64,000 bases of DNA from an uncultured bacterium. Its GTDB lineage: Bacteria; CSSED10-310; CAZUFC01. The stretch covers positions 1 through 64,000 of the forward strand of contig CAZUFC010000032.1 in the NCBI GenBank assembly GCA_964619725.1. The letters run 5' to 3'. Below are positions 10,229 through 19,703 of this stretch, piece after piece. Numbering within the stretch: position 1 is the stretch's first letter; each line of letters begins with the position of its first letter. A model generated the notes under the pieces. It worked only from the letters and a program-made list of their open reading frames with translations, made no database searches and had not been told where the DNA came from. A program made the position numbers and the translations under genes.

Positions 10229-10603
10229 TCTCTCCTCCGTCGTATATCGAATCCTTCGTTCACCTTCACACCTGTGTTCCTGTACTCGCGGCTTCTTCAT
10301 TTCGTTTTGAGTCGGAACTCGTTTTATTTTACCACATAACTGCAACGCCTGCACAATCGGAAAACGTTTTTTTTCGTTTTTTTTTTCTGTTTTGCGCTAA
10401 AAAAATGAAAAAATGGAGAAGAGTGGAAAATTGGAAGATTGGAAGAATTGATAGTCTGACGGAAGAGCCGGCAGGCGGATGGTCGTTAGATCGGAATGAT
10501 TGAACGGCGGATGTTTGTATGGTTGCTTTTCGTTGACGGATTGGTCTTTTTGCCTTCCCGGCGCCAGTGCGTCATAACATCTTGTCTGCTGGAAATAATG
10601 GCA

Positions 10604-10754
10604 TTGATCAAAAAATCGGCTTTTGAGGTTACAATTCTTTAGAAACCTGCATCATTTTATTTCGATTTTGCTCCCGATTGCGACCCCGAGCCCGACCCCG
10701 ATTACTGAAACAACTGTCAAAAGTTTTAGAAAAAGTGTAACCACGGTTTGATCA
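10604..10754 (-). repeat. Module B repeat copy, reverse orientation
   Basis: ttgatcaaaaaatcggcttttgaggttacaatt...cgaccccgagcccgaccccgat...aaaaagtgtaaccacggtttgatca is the reverse complement of the 61-193 and 9676-9820 architecture. Confidence 0.85.
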
Positions 10755-10783
10755 GTCCCGAAATAATAAACCCGGGAATTCTT

Positions 10784-11314
10784 TCAGTCGCTGTTTCTGA
10801 AGGAGTAGAAATAAAAAGCGGATATAACCAGGGAATGATCGATTTGTCCTGCTCGTATCATTTCGGGTATGGACTGTAAGGGGATGAGTTCGACTCCGGT
10901 AAGGGCTTCCCAGGGATCGGGAACAGGTTCGGAAACTTTACGAACGTCCTTCGCCAAAAAAGTGTAGACTCTGTTATCGAAAAGAGCGGGATTCGGATTG
11001 ACGGAGCCAATTTGAATAATCTCCTTTTCGGTATCATAACCTGTCTCTTCCATCATTTCTCTTCTGGCGGCGGCTGCGGGACTCTTATCGTCATCATCCA
11101 TCATTCCCCCCGGAATTTCAAGCGTCTCCACATCGGCGCCGTGCCTGTACTGTCTGACCATAACGGCTTCATCGGCCGAAGTAACAGGAATGATGTTGAT
11201 CCAGACGCCGCTGGAAATTCTATAGAAGGGTCTCAGTGGGGCATCCGAACCGGGAGCCCACATTTCTTCGTATAAAGAGAAAATATGATTTTGATGAATT
11301 AATTTTTCGTTCAT
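10784..11314 (-). CDS. NUDIX hydrolase, ADP-ribose pyrophosphatase-like
   Basis: VRQYRHG..LEIPGG and Nudix box GMMDDDDKSPAAAARREMMEETGY; NPA loop. Confidence 0.9.
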   Translation of the reverse strand: MNEKLIHQNHIFSLYEEMWAPGSDAPLRPFYRISSGVWINIIPVTSADEAVMVRQYRHGADVETLEIPGGMMDDDDKSPAAAARREMMEETGYDTEKEIIQIGSVNPNPALFDNRVYTFLAKDVRKVSEPVPDPWEALTGVELIPLQSIPEMIRAGQIDHSLVISAFYFYSFRNSD

Positions 11315-11321
11315 TGATAAG

Positions 11322-11364
11322 GACTATCCTTTCTTCCCGTTCAAACCGGAAAGAAAGGATAGTC
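11322..11364. terminator. Strong hairpin between the surface-protein gene and the NUDIX gene (terminator or processing stem)
   Basis: gactatcctttctt / aagaaaggatagtc perfect 14 bp stem; weak U tract on the minus strand. Confidence 0.6.
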
Positions 11365-11389
11365 GTTTATTATGATGCCGTCAATTGCT

Positions 11390-14300
11390 CTAATTCATTT
11401 TTCGCGTAAACTGGGCGACGAGCAGCAGGCCCATGGCGATGAGAAGGATAAAACCACCCAGGGGATTGACAGTCGGTATGTCGGTGGGAGTGGGAGTATA
11501 GGCCGTACCAGTTCCGGTGGGCGTAACGGTTGGAGTTCTCGTCGGGGTAGCCGTGGTGACTGAACCTTCACAGTTGACCAGCAGGGTATAAGAGCCGGCA
11601 TCTCCGTTGACGCCGTCTACTACGATGTAATAGGTTGAAGGCGGCGCATTTGGAATGACCAGCTCGTCGATTCCCCAGTAAATGCAGTGCCATTCGCTGC
11701 AGGAAGAAAGGACCAGGAAGGCGAGGTTATCATCTGTATCCAGGCTTATTTCCATATCTCCGACGCCGAGAGTTACTACCTGGTGGACGATTTCCGGCCC
11801 GGAGAAATTGATGGAATTACAGTCAGGATACGACGACACGTTGCTTTCGCCGGGCATGGTATTGCCTGTATAGGGCACATTGCAGCTTAAACTGATGATC
11901 TGCGAGCAATCCAGGTTCGGCTGAGGCGTAGGAGTGGCTTCAGGAGTAGGCGTATTAGTGGGAGTGAAGGTCGGAGCTCCGCAAAGGACCGTGAGGTCAT
12001 AGTATGCGGGTTCGGTTGAAGAGCTGTCGACGACGATATAGTAAGTTCCAGCATCTGCGGTTTCCAAAATGGCATCGAAATCGCCGTGCGCCAGGCAATT
12101 TTCTTCTGTGCAGGAGCCGAGAATGAAAACGTCCGGGTCGGTATCGAACCAGGGTTCAAGATGGACCTGCAAGCTTTGGGAGGTCGTCATAGTCACCACA
12201 TATACTTTTTCCATCCCGTTTTCATTCAAATCAGGATCGCAGGAATAACTGTCCACGATCATAGTACCGTCATCATTGCTTTCAAAACTCAACGTATCGC
12301 CGCATTGAACGTCCACTGCGTCCGAACAGTCCAGCAAGCCTATCGGCAATTCCTCATCACTCCATAGAGTACACTCGACATATTCGCTGATCTCATCTCC
12401 CGAACCGGCATTAGTACCGTCGCATTCTCCTGCTCCCGTTTCTTCATCCAGGGGACCGTCGGCGGCTCCCCACCAGTTATTATCAGCGACTACGCAGGGC
12501 GCCTGACCGACCCTTACGCCGTACCCGCTGTTGCCGACTATATTGTTATTTGCTATTTCGAATGCTCCGTGAGCCCCATCGACGTAAACTCCATGCTGAT
12601 TGTCGCGTATATGGTTATTATTGACTGTTGATGCGGCGCTGACGTTTTTCAGGAAAATACCGCGGCCGCCGCCGCCGCCGAGCTGCACGCGGTTGAACGT
12701 TATCTTAGCCTTGGTGTCGAAATTCGGTGAACCGTTGAAGTAGATGCCGGTAGAGGAATCGTAAAACTCATTATGATAGATGACGCCGGTGCTGTCGTCC
12801 GAAGGATAAGCCACGTAATACAACGCTATGTTGTAGGCGTGCTCGAAAACGCAATGACGAATCGTAGTAGACTGATTATTGGCCCAGACCATGTATGTGT
12901 TCTGGGGAGAATATTCAAAGTATTTTTCGATTCCGCCGTATCGGATCACAGAATGCTGCAACGTATTTCCGGAAGAATCAAACCGTATGTATCCCCAGTT
13001 TCCCGCGCCCGGGCTGGTGGCCGTTCCGTCGCCGTTGGAATCGCCGCCGACGGAATCGTCGCGTTCGGAAGTAAAGTATATCTTATTCCACGCTTCTCCC
13101 TGACAATTCAACAGGCCATCGACGATCATGGATCGACATGTCGCGTATCGACCGGCCATCCGTTCGAATTTAATTACGACTCCCGGCTTTACCGACAACG
13201 TTGCGCCGCTTGCTATCGTTATGCTGCCGTCTTCCACATGATAGGGTAAACCCATTCCCTGTATCACCTTCCAGGTTCCGTCTGAAGAAATGGTACCATA
13301 AACGCGAATCGCCTGCTTTTCGTTGCCTGATATGTTATTGCCGGCATAAACCGGAAAGGCCGAGTTTATGTGCGACATCGGAAATTCATAATTGTCTATG
13401 ATAGTATTTTCGTACACCTGCGGCGAACCGTCTTCAATCAAAAGTCCCTGCAGATTGTCGTGAATGTTGTTCCCCTCAATTACTGAGGATGAGTCCGGAT
13501 AGGACAAGTATACGCCGTTCGATGTGCCTCCGGGACTCGACACATTGTTGCCGTACATGTGAAGGATCGGCCGAGCCCCCGATGCTCCCGCCACGTTTAT
13601 CCCGTAAGTCGACGCAATCACCGTATTATAATTGATGTTGGCATCGGTAATGAAATTCGTACTCGATTCAAACCTTATTCCCCGGGGACAACCTTCGATC
13701 TGGCTGTTGTTTATCGAAACATCCGAGGCTTCGCCCTGTATCGCATCATAATAAATCGCAACATCATAGGCGTTTTTAAGTATCAAATTGTCCAGGTCGT
13801 TCACCGTGCCGTTATTCCAAATCATGAACTTGTTCTGCGGAGAATGCTCGAAATATTTCTCTATGCCGCCGTAACGGATTTCCGCATTGCGGAGGTGGTT
13901 GCCGGAAGAATTCAACCGGATATAACCCCAATTTCCCGCCTCTGGAGACGTGCCGGCCCCGTCGCCGTTGGAGTCGCCCCCAACCGTATCGTCTCTTTCC
14001 GAAGTGAACGTTATTCTGTCGCCTGTTGCTGGAAGTTCCAGCATGCCGTTCACGATCAGGGAACGACAAGTATCATAACGGCCTTTTTTCCGTTCGAATT
14101 TTACGACTACGCCCGGATCGATGCTTAAGGTCGCACTGCCCCCCACCGTTATGCTTCCGTCTTCCACATGATACGGCAGACTCTGAACGTCGACCCAGGT
14201 TCCGCCGGTTCCTCCAATCGTACCATTGACTCGAATCGCCTGTTTGGCATTGCCCGTTATCGTATTGCCTGAATAGAGGGGAAAGGCCGCATCGATTTGA

Positions 14301-15235
14301 GTCAGCGGAAATTCGGCGCAATCGAGAATATCATTGCCGGTTATGGATGGAGAACCGCCCGTGACGACGATTCCCTGCAATACGTCCTGGATTGTGTTAT
14401 TCGATATCACTGATGTTTCAGAAGGATAATTCAGGTTGATACCGTTTCCTTCCTGGCTGGAGCTGCTTACGGTATTGTTCGTAATGGTCAATTCGGGCGG
14501 TGCGCCTGATGATCCGTTTATGTAAATGGCGTTCGACTCTCCGGAAACATCGCATCCCGTTATTGTCACGTCGGTGACGAATGCTGATGCGGGAACTACG
14601 TATACTGAATTAGAACTTCCGTAAAATTCGCTGTCTGTTATCGATACAGTTGATGCCGCCGACTGATCGGCATTGTAATATAACGCGTTCTGATAGGCAT
14701 TGCTTATCACGCAGTTGTCTATAACGGGGTTCGTCTGATTGCACCATACCATGTACCGGTTCTGGGGAGAATATTCAAAAAAATGACTGATGCCGCCGTA
14801 TCTCACCACCGCATTCTCAAATGTATTACCGTCAGAATTGAATTTTATAAAACCCCAATCACCGTTGCTCGGCGACGTCGCCGTACCGTCTCCGTTCGTA
14901 TCGCCGCCTACCGTGTCATCCCGTTCCGACGTGAAAATAACCGGGTCCCCCGAAGACGGCAATTCCAATTGACCGTTTACCGTTATAGAAACCATCGTCG
15001 TGTAACGTCCGTAACGACGCTGCAGCTTTACTATCACTCCAGGCTCAATCGTCAATGTTGACGATGACGAAATTGATATCGGCTGCTGAATCCAATACAC
15101 GCTTCCCGCTAAATCCCACGTCGTGTCCGCCGTGATGTCGTTCGTGATCACGGTCGTCCCCCTCGCTTCACTGACCAAAACTGCGCTGAAAAACAAAATA
15201 ATTACAATTGAGAACAAATAATTTCGTTTCACCAT
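11390..15235 (-). CDS. Large secreted/surface protein: three parallel beta-helix modules, two Cys-containing PPC-like domains, Thr/Pro linkers, IPTL-CTERM-like sorting tail
   Basis: Signal peptide (VSEARG); three repeats of FTSERDDxVGGDxNGDG...WGxI; PbH1-like IxNNxI repeats; C-terminal DIPTVNPLG + hydrophobic helix + RK. Confidence 0.85.
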   Translation of the reverse strand: MVKRNYLFSIVIILFFSAVLVSEARGTTVITNDITADTTWDLAGSVYWIQQPISISSSSTLTIEPGVIVKLQRRYGRYTTMVSITVNGQLELPSSGDPVIFTSERDDTVGGDTNGDGTATSPSNGDWGFIKFNSDGNTFENAVVRYGGISHFFEYSPQNRYMVWCNQTNPVIDNCVISNAYQNALYYNADQSAASTVSITDSEFYGSSNSVYVVPASAFVTDVTITGCDVSGESNAIYINGSSGAPPELTITNNTVSSSSQEGNGINLNYPSETSVISNNTIQDVLQGIVVTGGSPSITGNDILDCAEFPLTQIDAAFPLYSGNTITGNAKQAIRVNGTIGGTGGTWVDVQSLPYHVEDGSITVGGSATLSIDPGVVVKFERKKGRYDTCRSLIVNGMLELPATGDRITFTSERDDTVGGDSNGDGAGTSPEAGNWGYIRLNSSGNHLRNAEIRYGGIEKYFEHSPQNKFMIWNNGTVNDLDNLILKNAYDVAIYYDAIQGEASDVSINNSQIEGCPRGIRFESSTNFITDANINYNTVIASTYGINVAGASGARPILHMYGNNVSSPGGTSNGVYLSYPDSSSVIEGNNIHDNLQGLLIEDGSPQVYENTIIDNYEFPMSHINSAFPVYAGNNISGNEKQAIRVYGTISSDGTWKVIQGMGLPYHVEDGSITIASGATLSVKPGVVIKFERMAGRYATCRSMIVDGLLNCQGEAWNKIYFTSERDDSVGGDSNGDGTATSPGAGNWGYIRFDSSGNTLQHSVIRYGGIEKYFEYSPQNTYMVWANNQSTTIRHCVFEHAYNIALYYVAYPSDDSTGVIYHNEFYDSSTGIYFNGSPNFDTKAKITFNRVQLGGGGGRGIFLKNVSAASTVNNNHIRDNQHGVYVDGAHGAFEIANNNIVGNSGYGVRVGQAPCVVADNNWWGAADGPLDEETGAGECDGTNAGSGDEISEYVECTLWSDEELPIGLLDCSDAVDVQCGDTLSFESNDDGTMIVDSYSCDPDLNENGMEKVYVVTMTTSQSLQVHLEPWFDTDPDVFILGSCTEENCLAHGDFDAILETADAGTYYIVVDSSSTEPAYYDLTVLCGAPTFTPTNTPTPEATPTPQPNLDCSQIISLSCNVPYTGNTMPGESNVSSYPDCNSINFSGPEIVHQVVTLGVGDMEISLDTDDNLAFLVLSSCSEWHCIYWGIDELVIPNAPPSTYYIVVDGVNGDAGSYTLLVNCEGSVTTATPTRTPTVTPTGTGTAYTPTPTDIPTVNPLGGFILLIAMGLLLVAQFTRKMN

Positions 15236-15691
15236 GACTCCCTCTCATAAATTGAAAATTAATAAAACAACCGCTGATTTCCAGCATCTCAGCCAATAAA
15301 AAACGTAAGCAACCTTTTCCCCTCCTTTCCCTTTCATCAAAGAATTCCCGCAGTATAGCGGTCCGACGATTACTCTCTTGAGAAAAAATCGTTTACGTTA
15401 TTGAAATTCGCCTGACGCCTTTCATTTGAATTAAACTTTTGTTACTCACCGCCTTTCGTTTCATTTTTTGGAGAATTGTTCTGCTTCTTTTTACAATTTT
15501 TTGAGGGAATTGTCAAATGCATTTCAGAAAAATCAGGGTTCGTTGAATAGAATTTCCGCGATATGGGACTACCCTCATTTTTCATCTGAATTCCGTCAGC
15601 GCCTTTTCATAAGCTCAATTCCCGTTTCGGCGTCTGTACTAAAGTAATGGGAGGCATAGCCGTTCGGAAATACCCCGTATTAATTCAGCAC

Positions 15692-15851
15692 AAATTGTAA
15701 CCTTGAAATGTGCATTTTCGATCAAGGCCTGTTTTTGCTTAAAGGCGGCAAGTAAAGGATTTGCGAAGAATACACCTTGGCTAGTCGTTAATTGAGCAAA
15801 TCCGCAATCTGACGGAGCAATGGGGGAAATTAACCGTTTATGGGCAAAAAC
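15692..15851 (+). repeat. Module B right end plus module A copy
   Basis: aaattgtaacc...ttttcgatcaa then aaggatttgcga...gagcaaatccgca..ctgacg...atgggggaaatt..ccgtttatgggcaaaaac, closely similar to 634-791. Confidence 0.85.
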
Positions 15852-15931
15852 AAGAAGGATAACTCCCGCATTAATGAACGAACGGCGAAGTGTGAGCCGG
15901 TTTTCAATGAAGTAATTTTGGATTCTATCGT

Positions 15932-17221
15932 TTATTTCGCTTCAGAAGATTTTCTGTAAGTATCTATGCGATATTCAATTTTGTTAAGCGGCAGGAATTC
16001 AGGGGCTTCAATGTCGCAGAAATGAGCGAGAGCGGAAAGTATTCTCAGTGAAGAACGTCCATCTCCATAAGGATTCGGCGCATTAGCCATACTGAGATAC
16101 GAATTGAAGTCGCTGAGCAAATGTTCTGTTTTCTGCACGATAATATCCGGATCGGTATCAACGAGAACCGCAGTTCCCGCTTCCAGCCCTTCCGGTCTTT
16201 CCGTGTTTTTTCTCAGTACGAGCACAGGTTTGTTCAAGGAAGGCGCTTCCTCCTGAATTCCGCCTGAATCTGTGAGAATTATGTCGGCGTGAACCATAAG
16301 TTTAACGAAATCCTCGTAATCCAGGGGTTCGAGGAGCATAATCTGTGATTTTCCATGAAGCATCTTCATAGCTTCGTTTTTCACCTGAGGATTAGGATGA
16401 ACGGGATAAAGCACCGTGTAATCGGGATTCCTTTCGGTCAATTTAAGCATAGCCTTGAAGATGTTCTTTAAGGGAGCGCCGAAACTTTCCCTTCGATGGG
16501 TAGTCAGTAGAATTCTTTTCTTTTTTCGCGTAAGCAGATTCCGATTTTGGAGGCTGGACGCCCCGGAACCTGCGAAGCGGGAGGCTATCTGGAGCAAAGC
16601 ATCGATGACGGTATTACCTGTAATGAAAACATTTTCTTTTCTTACTCCCTCGCATAAGAGGTTATCGCATGCAGCGGCGGTCGGGGTGAAATGAAGGTCG
16701 GCCAATGTCGCTATCATGTGTCTGTTCTTTTCTTCCGGAAAAGGATTGTATTTATCATAAGTTCTTAATCCTGCTTCAACATGACCGACAGTTATTTTAG
16801 AATGATAAGCGCAAACCGCTGCCGCCAGTGCGCTTGTCGTATCTCCCTGAACGATCACTAATTGAGGCGCATACTGATCAATCATCGGCGGTAAATTTTG
16901 CAGTATTTTGGCCATAAGTCCGTTCAGCGTCTGGTTTTTCTCCATTACTCTCAGATTGATATCCGGAGTAATTTCAAAAAATTTCAGAACGCCCTCAACG
17001 AGCTCTTTATGCTGGCCGGTGACAGCAACAATGGGTCGAAAATATTCGCTCTTATCCGTCAGCCGTATCAACGGACCCAGTTTCACCGCTTCAGGCCGCG
17101 TCCCGAATACATACATGATTTTTATGGGCCCCTGCATCCCTTCCGGGACTCGTTCCTTCACATACAATTCAAAAGGGCCTTTTTTGTTTTCCAGGTATTT
17201 TTGATTTTGATTTTTCATCAT
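15932..17221 (-). CDS. wecB: UDP-N-acetylglucosamine 2-epimerase (non-hydrolysing)
   Basis: FGTRPEAVK, TGQH, VQGDTT, HVEAGLR, PFPEE, TDSGGIQEEAPSL, TERPEG, NPYGDG. Confidence 0.95.
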   Translation of the reverse strand: MMKNQNQKYLENKKGPFELYVKERVPEGMQGPIKIMYVFGTRPEAVKLGPLIRLTDKSEYFRPIVAVTGQHKELVEGVLKFFEITPDINLRVMEKNQTLNGLMAKILQNLPPMIDQYAPQLVIVQGDTTSALAAAVCAYHSKITVGHVEAGLRTYDKYNPFPEEKNRHMIATLADLHFTPTAAACDNLLCEGVRKENVFITGNTVIDALLQIASRFAGSGASSLQNRNLLTRKKKRILLTTHRRESFGAPLKNIFKAMLKLTERNPDYTVLYPVHPNPQVKNEAMKMLHGKSQIMLLEPLDYEDFVKLMVHADIILTDSGGIQEEAPSLNKPVLVLRKNTERPEGLEAGTAVLVDTDPDIIVQKTEHLLSDFNSYLSMANAPNPYGDGRSSLRILSALAHFCDIEAPEFLPLNKIEYRIDTYRKSSEAK

Positions 17222-19500
17222 GCCGCTTTCTCCCTGTATTCACGTGTGTCGATCAATCCCTCAGTCTTTTTACCGTATCTCAAGGTATTTTCAACGAGAT
17301 TGAAAATTTCCAGGACATCCTTAAACGGTTTTTCGACTTTGGCCGCGGCGCCGAGTCGGACGGCTTCTTCCATATAGCCGTTAGCGTCGCAGCCCGACAT
17401 AACCACAGCCTGCAGATTCTTTTTAATGGTTTTCATTTCTTTAAAAGCTTCCAGGCCGTTTTTGCGGGGCATATTGATGTCGAGGATTACGACGGCGTAA
17501 TCTTTGTTTTTAACCATTTCAACAGCCTCCTGTCCGTCGGAAGCCACATCCACGTTGTATCCGTTGTGAGACAAAGTGGTGCATATCAGGTCCTGGATAA
17601 TGGCGTCGTCGTCCACGAGCAGAACGTTTTCTTTCTTGTCTGGCCTGTTTTTCCAGGGGTAGTAATCTCGGGCGATCAACACCAGCATTTCTCTCACTGT
17701 TTCATCGATCAATCTTGAAGCTGCTTCGCACAATTTTTCAATGCTTCTTTGCAGTTTTTCAAAGTTCGCTTTCCGGGGTTGAAAGATTTTGATTTTTTGG
17801 TGAGCGGTCGGAATTAGCCACTCGTCATCCAGTTGAAGGTCTTCGAAGAGTTTTTCCCCGGGTCGGAGACCGGTGAATTTGATTTCTATGTCGTTAAGCG
17901 ATAATCCGGCCACCTGGACCATTTCTTTTGCCAGGTCGGCTATTTTGATGGGTTCTCCCATATCAAGCACGAATATGCCCTCCTGATCCAATGAGGCAGC
18001 CTGCAGAATCAATCCTACGGCTTCCGGAATAGTCATAAAATAACGCTTCATTTCAGGATGCGTCACGGTGACTGGTCCTCCCCGGGCTATCTGACGTCTG
18101 AACAGAGGAATAACGCTTCCTTTACTGTTCATCACGTTACCGAACCTTACGGTGACGAAATTGACGTCGCTTTCATCCGACAGCCCCTGAACGTACATCT
18201 CGGCTATCCTTTTCGTAGCGCCCATTATGCTGGTCGGATGCACCGCTTTGTCGGTCGAAATCATAACGAACTGATCGACATTATATTTATGGGCGCAATC
18301 AGCCAGCGTCTTTGTGCCCAGAACATTGTTGAGCACGGCTTCTTCAGGATCGGTCTCCATCAGCGGCACATGCTTGTAAGCCGCAGCATGGAACACGATA
18401 TGAGGACTGCAGGACCGAAAAATATTTTCGATTTTATGGCTGTTTTTGATGTCGCAGACATGACATTCAACTTCAACGTCATTTTGAATTTTAGCTTCGG
18501 TGAGTTCCATTTTTATGTCATAGAGCGCGCTTTCCGAATTATCTATGACCATGAGCGATGCGGGGCGGTAACGAAGGGCCTGTCTGCAGAGTTCCGAGCC
18601 TATCGAACCGCCTCCTCCGCTGATCAGAACCCGCTTTCCTTTCATTTTGTTTTCTATGGCCGAATGGTCCAAAGAAACGCTTTCCCGGCCCAGCAGATCG
18701 CCTATGTCGACATCCCGCAAATGATGCAGATGAACGTCCTCGCCGGACAATTCATAAATCTTCGGCAATGTTTTGTGCCTCACGTTCGCTTCCCGGCACT
18801 TCTTGACGATGCCCCGCATCTGCTCGCTGTTCAAAGAAGGAATCGCTATGAGTATCTCCTCGATATGATGCCTTTTCACCATGGGAAGGATTTTATTGCG
18901 GTCTCCCAATATGGGAATTCCGTGCAACGTTTTCCCCGCTTTTCGCTGGTCATCGTCAATGAATCCTACGACATTTATCCTCATAGAAGGATTTCGCACG
19001 ATCTCCCTGGCCAGCATCTCTCCGGCGCTTCCCGCTCCCACGATCAGGATATTGCGAGGCCGGACATCCTTTTCCCTGGCCGATAACCTCTTGCCCCGCT
19101 TTTCGCTGAAAACCCTGTAGGCGAATCTCACGCCGCCGATCAAAAAGACCGCCATAAGAAAATCCAGGATAATGACTGACCGGGGGAAGCCGTCCAATCC
19201 AAAATAGAACACGAGTCCGGCCACCAGGATCAGCGACGATACGCCGGTTCCTTTCAATATGTTCAAAAGGTCTTCCGAGCTGGTGAAGCGCCAGATTCCC
19301 CTATGCAATCCGAACCAGTGAAGGCACCAGAAACGGACGCCGACCCAGAACAGGAGCGTTTCTGCAAAAATATGCCTGTATTCCGCAGTCATTTCTCCGG
19401 CAAATCTGAGCAGATAAGCAGAATAATAAGCTCCGCAAATCAGCAGAAGATCGGTGATGATGAGCGTAGCGTCCTTCCATCTGTTGAATCTTTTATCCAT
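17218..19500 (-). CDS. CapD/PglF-type UDP-GlcNAc 4,6-dehydratase with C-terminal response-regulator receiver domain
   Basis: Four N-terminal TM helices; IVGAGSAG CoA-binding-like domain; SDR core GGGGSIG, HAAAYKHVP, ISTDKAV, MGATKR, VRFGNV; then VLLVDDD...VILDINMPRKNG...VMSG...VEKPF. Confidence 0.92.
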   Translation of the reverse strand: MDKRFNRWKDATLIITDLLLICGAYYSAYLLRFAGEMTAEYRHIFAETLLFWVGVRFWCLHWFGLHRGIWRFTSSEDLLNILKGTGVSSLILVAGLVFYFGLDGFPRSVIILDFLMAVFLIGGVRFAYRVFSEKRGKRLSAREKDVRPRNILIVGAGSAGEMLAREIVRNPSMRINVVGFIDDDQRKAGKTLHGIPILGDRNKILPMVKRHHIEEILIAIPSLNSEQMRGIVKKCREANVRHKTLPKIYELSGEDVHLHHLRDVDIGDLLGRESVSLDHSAIENKMKGKRVLISGGGGSIGSELCRQALRYRPASLMVIDNSESALYDIKMELTEAKIQNDVEVECHVCDIKNSHKIENIFRSCSPHIVFHAAAYKHVPLMETDPEEAVLNNVLGTKTLADCAHKYNVDQFVMISTDKAVHPTSIMGATKRIAEMYVQGLSDESDVNFVTVRFGNVMNSKGSVIPLFRRQIARGGPVTVTHPEMKRYFMTIPEAVGLILQAASLDQEGIFVLDMGEPIKIADLAKEMVQVAGLSLNDIEIKFTGLRPGEKLFEDLQLDDEWLIPTAHQKIKIFQPRKANFEKLQRSIEKLCEAASRLIDETVREMLVLIARDYYPWKNRPDKKENVLLVDDDAIIQDLICTTLSHNGYNVDVASDGQEAVEMVKNKDYAVVILDINMPRKNGLEAFKEMKTIKKNLQAVVMSGCDANGYMEEAVRLGAAAKVEKPFKDVLEIFNLVENTLRYGKKTEGLIDTREYREKAA

Positions 19501-19703
19501 GTTTTATCTCCGAATAGCGTCAGCAGTTGAATTAAACTTTCAGGAGCCGGAACTTCGATTTTGCATTATTCGATGTAACGTTCCGAATGTCCCGGTTTCA
19601 AGTTTCCTTTTCGGGGTCGAGCGCATCTCCTCCTTTCAAAGAGTCATAGTCAGGTTCAAAGAGAGTTGGATATTTTGAGTTTTCTGATTGCCGTCATGAA
19701 AGA

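Noticed and set aside
10411-10452. Degenerate 8-9 bp tggaa(g)a repeats upstream of the HU gene
   Set aside because: Only four or five degenerate units; too weak to assign a function.
15236-15690. Long leader of the surface-protein gene as a c-di-GMP or other riboswitch
   Set aside because: No riboswitch consensus recognisable by eye; an Rfam scan would be needed.
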